In this document: one piece after another, positions 26,503 through 38,510 of the stretch | Position numbering within the stretch: position 1 is the stretch's first letter | Layout: the number at the start of each line of letters is the position of its first letter | Origin: Octopus bimaculoides | Taxonomy: Eukaryota | Reading direction: 5' to 3' | Assembly (NCBI RefSeq): GCF_001194135.2 | Contig: NC_068997.1 | Span: 9,390,606 to 9,436,060 of the forward strand | Length of the DNA: 45,455 nt | Program-made: the position numbers and the translations under genes | The notes under the pieces: model-generated | The model's database searches: none | What the model saw: the letters and a program-made list of their open reading frames with translations, nothing else | What the model was told of the DNA's origin: nothing

Positions 26503-26995
26503 AAAGAAAAAGCTGGCAGAATTGTTAGCATGGCAAGCAAAATGCTTAGCAACATTTCATCCATTCCTACATTCCACATTCCAATTCTGCTGAGGTTGAC
26601 ATTGCCTTTCATCCTTTTGGGATCAATAAAATAAGTACCAGTTGAACACTGGGGTTAATATTTACATTATTTACATTTCACGGATATTTGTCCTCATCTT
26701 GTTTGTTGTTAACACGTTTTGGCTGATATACCCTCCAGCTTTCAACAGGTGTTATTATTATTATTATTATCATTATTATTCAGGTCACTGCCTGGAATCC
26801 CCAAGACATCTGATGAAGGCTGGAGAATATATCAGCCAAAATGTGTCCACAACAAACAAGATGAGGACAAATATCCCTCAAATGTAAATAATGTACATAA
26901 CTCCTCATCTCTCAAATATGGAACTGTACTGGGGTCAATGTAATTAACTTACCCACTTCTTCTGAACTAGCTGGCCTTGTGCCAAAATTTGAAGC
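26503..26995 (+). mobile_element. SINE family A split by the 26656-26935 insertion
   Basis: Head and body at 26503-26655 end ...GTACCAGTTGAACACTGGGGT. The element resumes (ACTGGGGT)CAATGTAATT...GGCCTTGTGCCAAAATTTGAA. Confidence 0.85.
26656..26935. mobile_element. Inverted-repeat (Penelope-like) insertion with an 8-bp target-site duplication and two degenerate hammerhead-like motifs
   Basis: The arms at ~26660-26753 and ~26804-26898 are reverse complements (12 mismatches in 94 nt by hand). ACTGGGGT is duplicated at 26648-26655 and 26928-26935. CTGATGA-AGGCTG..CAGCC-AAAA lies at 26810-26841. Confidence 0.7.
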
Positions 26996-28067
26996 AAATA
27001 TAACTGGGATGTGATTTATTAACTTGTAAGAATGAATGCAAATTGTCACATGGGCAAAACAAACTCATCAACCTTAATTTTTGGAAAACTGAAATCACTT
27101 AAAAGAAAAAATAAATAAAGGTCAAGAAGGACTTACCATCATTACTAACTTCAACTTAAGTGAAGCCTTGATATGGAATTTTATGAAAAGGAAGAATTTC
27201 CACACATGGAAGAAGGGGTGGAGTTGGAGGGTGTATTGAAATAATAATATAAAAACCAAAAATACTCAAAAAGAGAGAACACCTATGACATTGCTGATGG
27301 AATCTTATCAAGTGACTAAACTACAGAATCATAACAACAACAATAACGATAACAAAAATTAGAATAATAAGTGAAACCTCGAAAGAAAGGTTGTTCTTCA
27401 TAAATAACTTTTAATTTAGGATAATTCGTTTTGGCTCACTGCAAATCACTTTGTAAGGTATAATTTTAAAGAAACCTCAAAGTAAAATAATGACACAAGG
27501 CAATGCTTTTATTCTGATAATACACATAAGAAGGGTAAATAAGTAGGCAGAAAAATAAAGCAAATTGGTAAAAGAAAGGAATAAAAAAAAAAGAAGGGAA
27601 AAAAAGAACCCAACAGAAAGTCACTCAATCACTTAATTCTACCACAATATATTGGGATCAGATAGCTGAAAGAGTATTAATTATATTATATTAAATTACA
27701 TTATATTATATTATATTATATTATTACAATCTGGTTTGTAGTTCTTAGAGAAACCAGAAAGCAGCATCGAGTATCTATTTTCAAAGAAGAGAATTAAAGT
27801 GATTACTATTCTGTCATCATTTTCTGTTCTCTTCTCTTCTGTCTGTAATGTTTTTACCTCATAATATAATTCTGAACCATTTGAAAGTAATATAACAAAG
27901 GCAACAAGACTAACAATTATTTTACAAAAGGTATGTATCGATACACAAAATTATTTTACACGGTAAATCATGTGGAAATTGTTACATCTGTTTCAACATC
28001 ATAATTATGATTATAAGATGTTATACAATTAATAAATGATGAGGTGAATTGAAGTTTACTCGGAAAA

Positions 28068-28770
28068 GGCGTAGCTGTGTGGTAAGAAGTTTGCTTCCCA
28101 GCCACACAGTTCATGGTTCAGTCCCTCTGTGTGGCATCTTGAGCATGTTTCTTCTACTATAGCCCTGGGCCAGCCAAAACCTTATGAGTGGATTTTGTAG
28201 ACAAAAGCTGAAAGAGCCTGTTGTATTTACACACACACACACACACACACACACGAAGTTGAGGGGTTTTGTCTTGTAGGTACTTGGTAACCTCACCTGT
28301 GCAAGTGCTATGTAAAAAGATACCATTACATTGTTAAGAAGATGGTGTTAAGAAGGGCATCCAACTGCTGAAACCATGCCAAAGCAAACAAAGAGGCTGG
28401 CACAGTTCCCTCTGGCTCATCTGTTCTCGTTAAACTGTACAACCCATGCCAACATGGAAAAGGGGTGTTGAATGATGAGGATGATGATGATGGCGGGTGT
28501 GTGTATTACTGCCTCCTTGCCTTGGCCTCACATGACAGTCGTAAGCGAGTGTCACTGTCAGGCAAGTGGTGTCCTTCATTTCCAATCTTCCATGAAAACA
28601 TGTCTGGCCATGCGAAAAACATAACCTTACCAGAAGACAGGTGAGGTTTGATGACAGGAAGGATATCAGGCCATACAAAAGAAAATCCACTTCAAAGAAT
28701 TCCATCTGACCCATATGAGCATGAAAACTTGGACATCAAAACAATGATGGTGATGATGATGATGATATAT
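28068..28770 (+). mobile_element. SINE with B head and D tail, containing a nested family C-like fragment (~28255-28492)
   Basis: B head at 28068-28230, (CA)n, a C-type segment ending (GAT)n, then the D tail (GTGTGTATTACTGCCTCCTTG...CAATCTTCCATGAAAACATGTCTGG...GATGATGAT). Confidence 0.7.
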
Positions 28771-29998
28771 ATGACCAGTAAAAACATTTGAAGCAAAGGT
28801 AGGATGGAACAAGGAATTCTTCAGAATGGTTTTTGTATATGTTTGTTAAATTAATTGGGAATTTCTGTTACCAAAATTTCTCAATGTTTCACACTAATAA
28901 TAATTTCCATTAACAATTTTATTTTTATTTTATTTTTACATTTCTTATTTTATCATTTTTCATTTCTTTTTTTTCTTTTTTTTTTTGCTCTAATTTTTCT
29001 GATTAAAATCTTAAAAAATTGGAGGTATTTTTATATAATGATTTTTTGCTTTTCTTTTGACTAAGTTATTGTGCAACTTGNNNNNNNNNNNNNNNNNNNN
29101 NNNNNNNNNNNNNNNNNNNNNNNNNNNNNNNNNNNNNNNNNNNNNNNNNNNNNNNNNNNNNNNNNNNNNNNNNNNNNNNNNNNNNNNNNNNNNNNNNNNN
29201 NNNATAAGAACAAAATGAAAGGAGAAGAGTTGGGTGGATGGGTGGAAGTGGAATGAAATCAGAATCAAGAAGGAAACAACCCGTTTCACCTCACCTCTCT
29301 TGTAAAAGTATTCCAGTTTGCACAGTAACATAAACTAAATACATAGTGCAAAGGAGAAATTCTTCAGCTGATTAATCATATAATCGGTAGCTGTAAAGTC
29401 AGAATGTCTCTTCTGAATTTTTATCAACCTAACTCAATATAGAGATTAAAGAATGATACAAGTTACAGAGAATTGATATGAGAAATTAAAAAAAAAAAAA
29501 AATAAATAAATAAAAACAACAACTAAAAGAAACAAAATATTAAAAGCAGATTAATAAATGAAATGAAATCGTAAAAGTAAAAAGTGGGAGGGAAACAACA
29601 GCTATAGATTAACGAAGATATTAAAATAAATAAAGAAAGAAAGAAAAAAAGAGTAAAGTAAGAAGTCTTGAAGTTCTGACAAGAGTATTCAGTATACTGT
29701 CAAATATCTTCTTAATATTAATTTCATGCTTCTATTAAATTGTTTCCAGTTTAAAACCATTCACTGCCATTGTGATTTCTCAGGAAGCAAATATTCTTGT
29801 GAAAGCAAACAAAATAAGATTTCCCCTTAAATGAATGAACGAATGAGATCGTTTTCCAGAGCACCATCAAACCTTTCCTTTTATTTATTTGTTTATTTAT
29901 TTGTTTATTTATTTATCTTTCCTCCACCCCCGCTAAAACTGATAACTGAAATTGGGAAAATCAGAACTTGAGAGAGAAAGTGATGGATAGAAAGCTGG

Positions 29999-30033
<35 letters not shown>

Positions 30034-30079
30034 AAGATAGATAGATAGATAGAAAGAAAGATAGACAGACAGGCGGAGG

Positions 30080-30146
<67 letters not shown>

Positions 30147-31385
30147 CGAGAGAGTGAGTGAGTGATAATGTGATTTGTGACAATCCGAAAATAGCTGTTT
30201 CCCTGTAACTTAATTACAAAAAGGTGTGGGTGTCTTCATATTTATATACACACCCATACACATAGGATAAATGGAAAACCAATCATATAATACTGTGTTA
30301 GCGTACATGTGTGTTCGTATGGAAATAGAGAAGAAGAAAAACATGAGAGAAAAAAAAAGAACAAAGACATGTTAAGACAATTAAAAAAATAAAGAACAGA
30401 AAATAAATAAAAGTTTTCAGTTATAATTAACTCTCTTATCCACATCTAAAAGTTTGTTGCTCAAAGGAGGGGATATCTTTTTTTATTCTTTATTTTTTAT
30501 TTTTGTTGTTTATTTTGGTCATAATCAAATTTTCCTTGATCGCTATTCAATAAGTTAAGTACGCTTCGGCAAATGCTATTAATTCAGTAATATTTACTAA
30601 ATGTTTTTTACTTCAATAAATAAAACATTTAAAGATTTGTTTGAAAAGGCCACAAAATAAATATCACAAGTGAAATAAAGGCGGGGGGGGGGGGAAAAGA
30701 ACGTTGTCAAGCAGAAAGAAAGGGATAAAATTATGTACGGCTTTTATTTCAGTTATAAAGCTAATATCTTTATGGGAGTTTTTGATTTACGGCAATATTA
30801 GAGTAGATTTAATCAGAAATAACAAGAAACATGATGTAACACATCTTCTAGGAAATTTTATTTATCTAACAATGTTTTTCATGGAATTCTTAACTTTTCT
30901 AAATTGAAGGCCATAAGGTTTGATTGAAGAAGGATTTGCTCTTTAAAATTTTTACCGAGCCACTTAAAGAATTGTCAGCATTTAGATGAAACAACAAGAA
31001 AACAAGCTGGAAACTCTAGATATGCTAACTATTGCAAATATAAACAACAGTTCTTTATCGTTGAGAGATTCGACTTCTCTAATATTGGCAAAGAAATTAA
31101 TGAATAACGTAAGGGTGGGGGGGAGAACAAAAAAAAAAAACAATTATTACTTAAAGATTTTCTTACATTATAGATTACATAAGAATCAAAGAAATTTGAA
31201 AGCACTGGAAATGGCTAATATGTTGTGACAAAACTATGACAAATTTCTATTAAATGTAATATGTTTTATTGTCTGTCAAGATACACTAGAAACAGTCAGA
31301 CTTGAAACATTAACTTCAGAGAGGAGGGAAATAGAGTTAGCTATTTTTAATATTTAATGTCTGATCAGTTCAGCTGAATTTAATA

Positions 31386-31600
31386 TTGGTTTCAAATTTT
31401 GGCACAAGGCCAGCAATTTGGGGAGTAGAGGCAAGTTGGCACCACCCCACCCCCATCCAGTGCTCAGGTGGAGGTTATTTTATTGATTTTGAAAGGATCA
31501 AAGACAAAGTTGACCTCAGCAGAATTTGAACTCAGAATGTAAAGACAGATGAATTGCTGCTAAACATTTTGCCAGGCATGGTAACGATTCATTGCTGGCT
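31386..31600 (-). mobile_element. SINE family A, old copy
   Basis: TTGGTTTCAAATTTTGGCACAAGGCCAGCAATTT...AAAGTTGACCTCAGCAGAATTTGAACTCAGAATG. Confidence 0.85.
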
Positions 31601-31779
31601 GCACCAACATGTGACTGGTTCTCATCTACAGCCAAGTAGCCTGGAGCATTAAAATGAATGTCTTGCTCAAGGATACAATGTACTGTCTGGGCCACCAATT
31701 GAAAACACAACCATCTGTCGTGAGCTTAACACTCTAACCACTAGGCAGGGGCTTTCAAAAAGCATTAAATTGATGGTGA

Positions 31780-31955
31780 GGAGGAGGAAGAGGAAAAAGA
31801 TAATGATGGTGGCAGTGATCTTGATGATGATGATGTTGATGGTTATGATGGTGATGATGAAGGTTATAGTGGTGGTGGCGATGATGATAATGATGATGAC
31901 TGTGGTGGTGTAGAGATACGATGGTTGTGATGATAATATTAAGAGGTGATGAAAA
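31780..31955. repeat. Mixed (GAT/GGT/GAG)n trinucleotide tract
   Basis: Read directly; source of the poly-His and poly-Ile ORFs. Confidence 0.9.
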
Positions 31956-31984
31956 AAAGATGATAAAGACCATATTTTTAGAAT

Positions 31985-32052
31985 TCTGCACTGAACCCAG
32001 ATACACTTTGTGGTGCACCAGTATGAACTGGTGCACAGTTTGAGGGCCACTG
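31985..32052 (-). mobile_element. Possible hAT (Charlie-like) terminal fragment with a perfect 10-bp hairpin
   Basis: The minus strand starts CAGTGGCCCTCAAACTGTGCACCAG, like hAT termini CAG(T/G)GGTTCTCAAACT. The stem GTGCACCAGT (32013-22) / ACTGGTGCAC (32027-36) closes an ATGA loop. Confidence 0.4.
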
Positions 32053-32376
32053 CACGACACCAACAATAGATGATCTGCAGTTGTTTAGCCCTGATTGAAA
32101 CCGACTTATTAACAAAGGCCATTTGAATCACAGCTGCCATCTTGTAACAGCTTCTTCGTTAATTAGCTGATGATGATATTAATTAGCTTGACAGAGCAAT
32201 TTATTTGCTGCAGTTTCTTACTTTAGGTTGATATTCCTGAAACTGGGAGACTGTTGTGCTTGATGTTATACAACTGAGGAAAATATAGTTACCTGGCTTG
32301 TTAAAAATAGCAACCAAATCTTTCTCAAATCACACCCTACAGCCTAAGCAGACCAGCTATATTAGATGTTGTTTTA

Positions 32377-32950
32377 CAAGGGTGAGCTAAAAAATTCATA
32401 GGTTGACTATGAAGGAGTGATGCTAGGGCTGTGAAATCTTGCATGTATTAATTTCAACTCTCTTCTTATTAATAAATGCAATTAGTTCTTTCCAGGTAAA
32501 CTGACATCTCACTGTTCAAAGAAGACTTCAAAAGTAACTAACGACTTCTCTTGAAAATAGACAAAATTTGCCACTATGGTGTTATCAAGTCCCTGCAGGA
32601 AAAGGGTTTTGCTCCCATTGATATTCAGGCTGACATGGTTGCTACATTAAGGCATGACAACCCAGCTTCAACAACAGTGCAAAAGTGGGCATCTGAATTT
32701 AGGAGGAGACGGGTGAGCCTTGAAGAAGACCCCAAGGTCTGGACATCCTACAACTGCCGTCACCAAGGAAAACATAGAATGTGTTCACTACATGGTTATG
32801 GATGACAGGTGATTGACTATAAACTAAATAGCTAATGCTATTAGCACAATCCTGCAAGGGAATTGAGAATACATAACCCTTAAAAAGGCTGAGATGGTCA
32901 TGAGTGGGATGCTTTTGATTGTTGGCCTGTTCAACCAGAGCCTGCACAGG
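32377..32950 (+). mobile_element. Mariner-type transposon, decayed 5' fragment (left end plus transposase N-terminal HTH region)
   Basis: TA|CAAGGGTGAGCTAAAAAATTCATAGG left end. 32557 onward reads IDKICHYGVIKSLQEKGFAPIDIQADMVATLRHDNPASTTVQKWASEFRRRRVSLEEDP, then after a +1 frameshift SGHPTTAVTKENIECVHYMVMDDR*LTIN*IANAIS. No right TIR and no catalytic domain. Confidence 0.85.
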
Positions 32951-33771
32951 GTTAAACAACAACAAAAGCAAGAACAGTAATTCTTAATATTAAGTAAGTG
33001 ATATGACATTTTTCAAAAAATTACATATTTTATTAATGGTACCTTTTATAAATGACTTCATTATAATAATTCAAAGTGAATTTCTAAGAGGAAAATTAAT
33101 TTTTATTATTACTATTAATATTATTTTTCTTTTCTTTTTTTTTTTTTGCTTAAGAAATTTTATTACTAAGCAAATTTTATTAAAATTAATAAAGGAATGG
33201 TAAAAGGAAAAAGAAGAAGAAAATACATAATTATTTTAATTCCCTGACAAAACAAATGGAAAACAGCTAAAGTGCAGACATTAAAGTATGATTCATATTA
33301 GCAAGATGACATTTACAGCTCTTTCTTCATCAATAATCAGACAGGTTAATGGTAGAAATATAAATATATAAATAAAATACAACAAAAAATAACAACAAAA
33401 CAAACTCTGCAATATCACTGGTAATAAGCTAACATTGGAACAACTCTAGAATGTTTTTCTTTTTCTTTAACTCTTAAGAAGTATTTCCATTTAAGATAAT
33501 AGAATTTTACTTTCACTTTGTGAGAAATAACTACACATTACCATTATTTTTGTTTTCAGAATATTTAACTCATATTTTATAAAATATTACAGCATTGTTA
33601 CATAATATCATAATTGTACTGCCAAGCAAAACAACCATACTACAAAGCAGTATAATTACCATATTTGATGATATATAGGATGTACTCCCCTCCCCCCAAT
33701 TCTCAAAATACCACCCTGGGTCCTATATGCAAAGTTGACCCTAGTGTTGTATCTCAGGAGCATAACTTCTA

Positions 33772-35018
33772 CAGGGTGTGTAAAGGTATTTGAGGACATA
33801 CCTTTTTTGGGTCATTGCTACATTTTTTGCGAACTATGTATAATCTTTGTTTCAGAAAATAATAACAATGGCAGACCCTCCACTTGTTCAAGAAATAAAG
33901 AGGCATTCTGTTATTGTGGTTATAAAGGTCGAACATGGCGATTTAGAAATATTTTGATTTTTAAAAGTTGCCAGATCTTTCATCTGCAAGTTTGTAAGGA
34001 GCTAGAGACTGAAGATGGAAATGCATCTCCAGTATCAAAGCATAAAAAGCATTCTAAATGCTCTGAAATCATCAGAACATCTGAATTTATTCAAAAAGTT
34101 CAACAGACCATTGATTACAATCCCAGAAAGTCCATGAGGTCAATGGCAAAAGATCTGTGTCAGAAGGAACAGTCAGAAATGTTGTCCACGAAGACATCAG
34201 ATACAAGTCATATATAATGAGGAAAGGTCAATTTGTCAGAAAAAGCAAAATAAAATCACATCAGATCTAAAAGGCTCTTAAACAAACTGAAAAATCCAGC
34301 AGAAGAAGATTTGGTTTGGTTTTTCTCAAACAAGAAAAACTTCGACCAGGATCAAAAAGTTAACTGAAATGACGTATGGTTATGTGCAGACCCTTCTGAA
34401 GTTGCAAATGTTATGCACACAAAATTTCCTGTAACTGTCATGGTTTTAGTGGTTGTCAGCAATGAAGGACATATGATACCTCTTTACTTCTTTCCATGAG
34501 GCCTTAGAGTTAACTCTACCACCTACATTGAGGTCCTGGAATTAATTGTTAAGCCCTGTATGCAATGGAAGGCCATATGTGCTTCAGTAAGACTCTGCAC
34601 TATCACACATGGCTCTAGTAACACAGGAATGGATGGCTGAAAATTTTCATGATCACATAACCCCTAACATTAGGCCTCCTAATTCCCCAGATCTCAATCC
34701 ATTGGACTATTACATGTGGAGTGTTGTTGAGAGAGAGAGATCAATGAACATGCCCATAACACCAAAGATTCTTTGAAAGCTGCTATAGTCAGAGTAATGT
34801 CGAAAAATGAACCAGGACCACTTGATTCAAGCATGTAGATGATTTAGATCTCAAATACAAGCAGTTGTCGAAGCTGAAGGTGACTTTATTGAATAACATT
34901 ATAGAAAAGAAGGTTTATTTTTATCCTCATAGTGTTTTTTCATAAATAAAGTTATCTGTTATTAGATATCTGTTCTTTTAAAAACATAAATCTGTCCTCT
35001 AATATCTTACGGACCCTG
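33772..35018 (+). mobile_element. Full-length (~1.25 kb) inactive Tc1/mariner element, DD37D (maT) type
   Basis: Left TIR CAGGGTGTGTAAAGGTATTTGAGGACA follows TA; the right TIR reverse complement is CAGGGTCCGTAAGATATTAGAGGACA. The element contains a disrupted transposase. Confidence 0.9.
33868..34896 (+). pseudogene. DD37D transposase pseudogene
   Basis: ATG at 33868 (MADPPLVQEIKRHSV). WFFSNKKNFD at 34317 has the first catalytic D read as N. Q*DSALSH has D at 34591; PPNSPDLNPLDY has D at 34705, exactly 37 residues later. Ends AVVEAEGDFIE*. Multiple stops and frameshifts. Confidence 0.9.
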
Positions 35019-37759
35019 AACTTACACTTGTTTTAGGCTGTATGTTCAAGCAGTTGCTACATGTACTACAATGAAATCAACATTGCTCAAAAATCAAGAT
35101 CTGATGTCAAGTTTCGACAGAGGAGAGAGGCTGGTAACAACATAGTCATCACCAAATGTCATTCATTTGTTTAGATAAGTGCATATGTTATGAGGAAGAA
35201 GAGAAAATTGAATGTTTTGGAATTAAGTCCTTGTATCAGAGAAAGAAACAAAAATTTCATCAGTTGAAAAATGTCTTCTCCCAAAGAAAGGGTCAATCTT
35301 GAAATGTTAAATTCCTCCTTTCCTCATGGCATACAAGCATATCCAAACTCATATTCTTCACTGTGCAATTTTTATCAATGAAGACCACCATCTGTTCCTG
35401 CCAAACACTAGGTTTTTGGTCTTATTTTTACATCAAATGTCATTATTGTAAGCATTCAATTAGAAGTAGAAAATAGTTTTATTTTCATAACTACCAAGGA
35501 TTGCTTAACTCCAGTCTAGTAGCATTAAGTTGATGAGATACAAATGTCATCATGGATAGAATGCTAATATTTTACAGGTAACTTTCTATCCAAAAAAAAT
35601 AAAGATTGCTGCTTTGAGTAAAACTGTCATTCTAAAGAGCAAATATATTGTTTGATTTATTATAAGTTGATTAAATTTAGGCATGTAGAATTAACTGTCT
35701 TTCTAAGAGACAGAATGAAATGCTGGCAGCGGATTATGGATTTATAAGCCACAAGCTGGTAGCTTCGTACATAATAACTCTACTATTTAATTAAATGTTT
35801 ATTTAAGTAGAATAGTTTTAAATTACACTGCCTCATCTGCATTGGCAACTAATGAAAAGATTTAGATTTTGGATCTTTTTCTTTGTCTATAATTGGTACT
35901 TTTAAGAATAGGGAGGAAAAAGAAATAGAAAAAAGAAAAATGAGCAGAACAGACTGAGGGAAAAAATAAACGAAGCCAAACACACAGATAGATACACATA
36001 TACATGCATACACACATACATATATACATGCACAAACATACATGTATATGTGTATACACATATATAAACATACATGCATACATACATGTATATTGACACA
36101 CACACATACACAAACATGCATACATACAAACACATACTATACATATGTAACATCATTGTTTTGATATAAAACATCTGCAACACTGCAGGGAGAAGAACCA
36201 TTTACAAATTCCTTTGGTGCAACTGAATCAATGGAGATTTGCTTCATTAGCAGTCCAAAATAACTTTGTTTTATTGTTGTCGCTTTGATGTTGTTGTTGT
36301 CGTGGTTGTGTAGTTCAGGTCAGTTCTCATTGTATAAGCTTATGCCATGTAAGTAACTGATCATTACTGCTGTTTGTATTTCTTGTGCAACTCTGATCAG
36401 TTTTGGTCAAGCAGTCCTATGATGTTGCTAGTGAAGTCTTTGCTAATGCTGTTTAAACTGTTATTTGTCTCCAAAATCCCTACTTTTGCCAGTTATGCTG
36501 GAGGAGAATGAACAGGGCAGTAAAAACTGTAGATGCTGACATCTCCAACCATGATATAACCTTGCAGTGTTACTCTTCTTCTGAGAGGTTCTGTATTTGT
36601 TGTCTTGTGGTAATAGCAACTTAAATATGAGAAGAAATCATAATGAAGTTTATAATAAGCCAACCAGACCCATTTTCTAACAATATTTTGAAGGTATATA
36701 AGGAAAAACAACAACAACAAAATAAACAATTATTTTATTAGCCGTTAGCCAATCAATTTCATGGTACAGAACCAAAATCCCTTTAAAATATTCTTAGAAA
36801 TTCATTTTGATATCTGTCATAATTTCAGTGAACTTTGCTACTGAACTGTCATTCCAAAGAGCAAATAAATTATTATTTTAATAGAAAAATTATTACTTTT
36901 TAGATAGTGTTAATTTAGGCAGGATTCAATCAAAATTTTTCTTGGGTCAGAATCAAAACCAATAAAATAACACAATATTTCCAAATAACCTTTCTTTAGA
37001 TAGATATCACTGGAGTCACAAGAAACGAAGAAAATCATTAATTTATCACAGCTACATTTAGAACTACTATTTTTTTTCTGTTGGATTATTAGTAAAACCA
37101 TTAACTGACACAGAAATCAGTTTTTGGATAATGTCTTATTCCATTTCTGATTTTTCTCTACTAATTACAAATGTCTGAGAAATGTATGTTTTGATTGCAA
37201 TTTAAAGAAGAAAAAGAAGAGAAAAAAATCGGTTTAAGATTAGGGTAATTGCTTTTACCTAAAATAGAACACAGAATAGGATTCAAAATTTTGTCTTACA
37301 TTATACTAAATTTAAAAGCTGTGCAGTAAATTTTTAAAATTCCAGAGTGAGTCACAGATTAGTAAAATAAAAAAAAAAGAAAGAAGGAAGGAAGGAAGAT
37401 TAAAATAAAATTAAATTTGGTTTAAAACAAATTCTTTATGTCAGAACTGGAATGAAGAAGACAGAAAAGAAAAATGCTTCTTTCAGTGGAATTTCCTTGA
37501 AATGTTAATGCCGCCAAAGTTATTACTATTTTTTAAAAATTCTATTTCCCTGCAGATCTGCAGCAAATACAGTCCTGTTTTACAATGCTAAGTACACAGT
37601 ATGAAAACTGTTTGTAAAGAGGAAGTTTCTTGTGGAAAGAATTTATACATCACAAAGATACAAGCTAGTCTTCAATCTCTGGTTGTTATTCAACAGTTGT
37701 ACTTCACAAACAGGTAGAACACATTAGTTAGGTAATCTAGAAGCAAGAAATACATTCTG

Positions 37760-38132
37760 GGGGCAATGTGGCTGATGCCAGTGACACGTAACTGGTACAT
37801 AAAAGACACAGTTCAAGCGCTGGCCTCACGGAGGCAATGACAAGTGACCGAGACCTTTGGCAATATGCCTTACTTGAGAAGATGACCCCTCAAGCCAAAT
37901 GAAATCATCGTTATGGCAGATACTGGTGTCATACAACTAGCACCCATACCAGTGGCATGTAAAATCACCCATTACACTCTTGGAGTGGTTTGGCGTTAGG
38001 AAGGGCATTCAGCTGTAGAAACCATGCCAAATCAAACTGGAGTCTGGTGCAGTCCCTCAGCTTATCAGCACTGGTCAAATCCTCCAACCCATGCCAGCAT
38101 GGACAACCGACATTAAATGATGATGATGATGA
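37760..38132 (+). mobile_element. (GAT)n-tailed family C, long copy
   Basis: Collinear with 19170-19485; ends ACCCATGCCAGCATGGACAACCGACATTAAATGATGATGATGATG. Confidence 0.85.
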
Positions 38133-38266
38133 AGGAGATAAATTTCTATAACTTTGCAAAATCAGAGAGAAAAAAAAGAGTTGGAGAAATGTAAGTGCAG
38201 TCCAGTATGTGAGACAAACATCATCATCATCCTGGATAGAATGCTAATATTTTACAGGTAACTTTC

Positions 38267-38510
38267 TTAACCCGTTTGATACAAATCCGGCTGAAACTGC
38301 CTCTGGCTCTGTTTTCAAAAGTTCTGAATTAAAATCTTCCACCAAACCTTAGTCACAATTTATGTTCCTAACACCAGCTTAATGATAACTAAGTTATTTT
38401 ACTGAATTCTTTGTTATATTAAAAATTAATTAAAAGAAACACAGAGCTGATGATGATGATGATGATGATGACAGAGCATCTCAACAGAAATATGGTAACA
38501 AAAGAGTTAA
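38267..38510 (+). mobile_element. TTAA-flanked MITE carrying a tiny (TGA)n insertion
   Basis: TTAACCCGTTTGATAC...GGTAACAAAAGAGTTAA, with TTAA at 38267-70 and 38507-10; homologous to 17788-18017. Confidence 0.8.

Noticed and set aside
29258-29325. NQEGNNPFHLTSL resembling an ankyrin GNTPLH motif
   Set aside because: There is an in-frame stop just upstream, no pyrimidine tract for an acceptor, and a poor motif match.
32013-32036. Perfect 10-bp hairpin as a Helitron 3' end or a pre-miRNA
   Set aside because: The stem is too short for a pre-miRNA. The nearby CTGG is not followed by T, and the flank looks more like a hAT terminus.
31667-32140. 157-aa and 103-aa ORFs with poly-Ile or poly-His
   Set aside because: They are translations of a mixed (GAT/GGT)n tract plus SINE sequence.
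33735-34217. 160-aa ORF in the track
   Set aside because: It is a mostly off-frame reading of the decayed DD37D transposase region, not a host gene.
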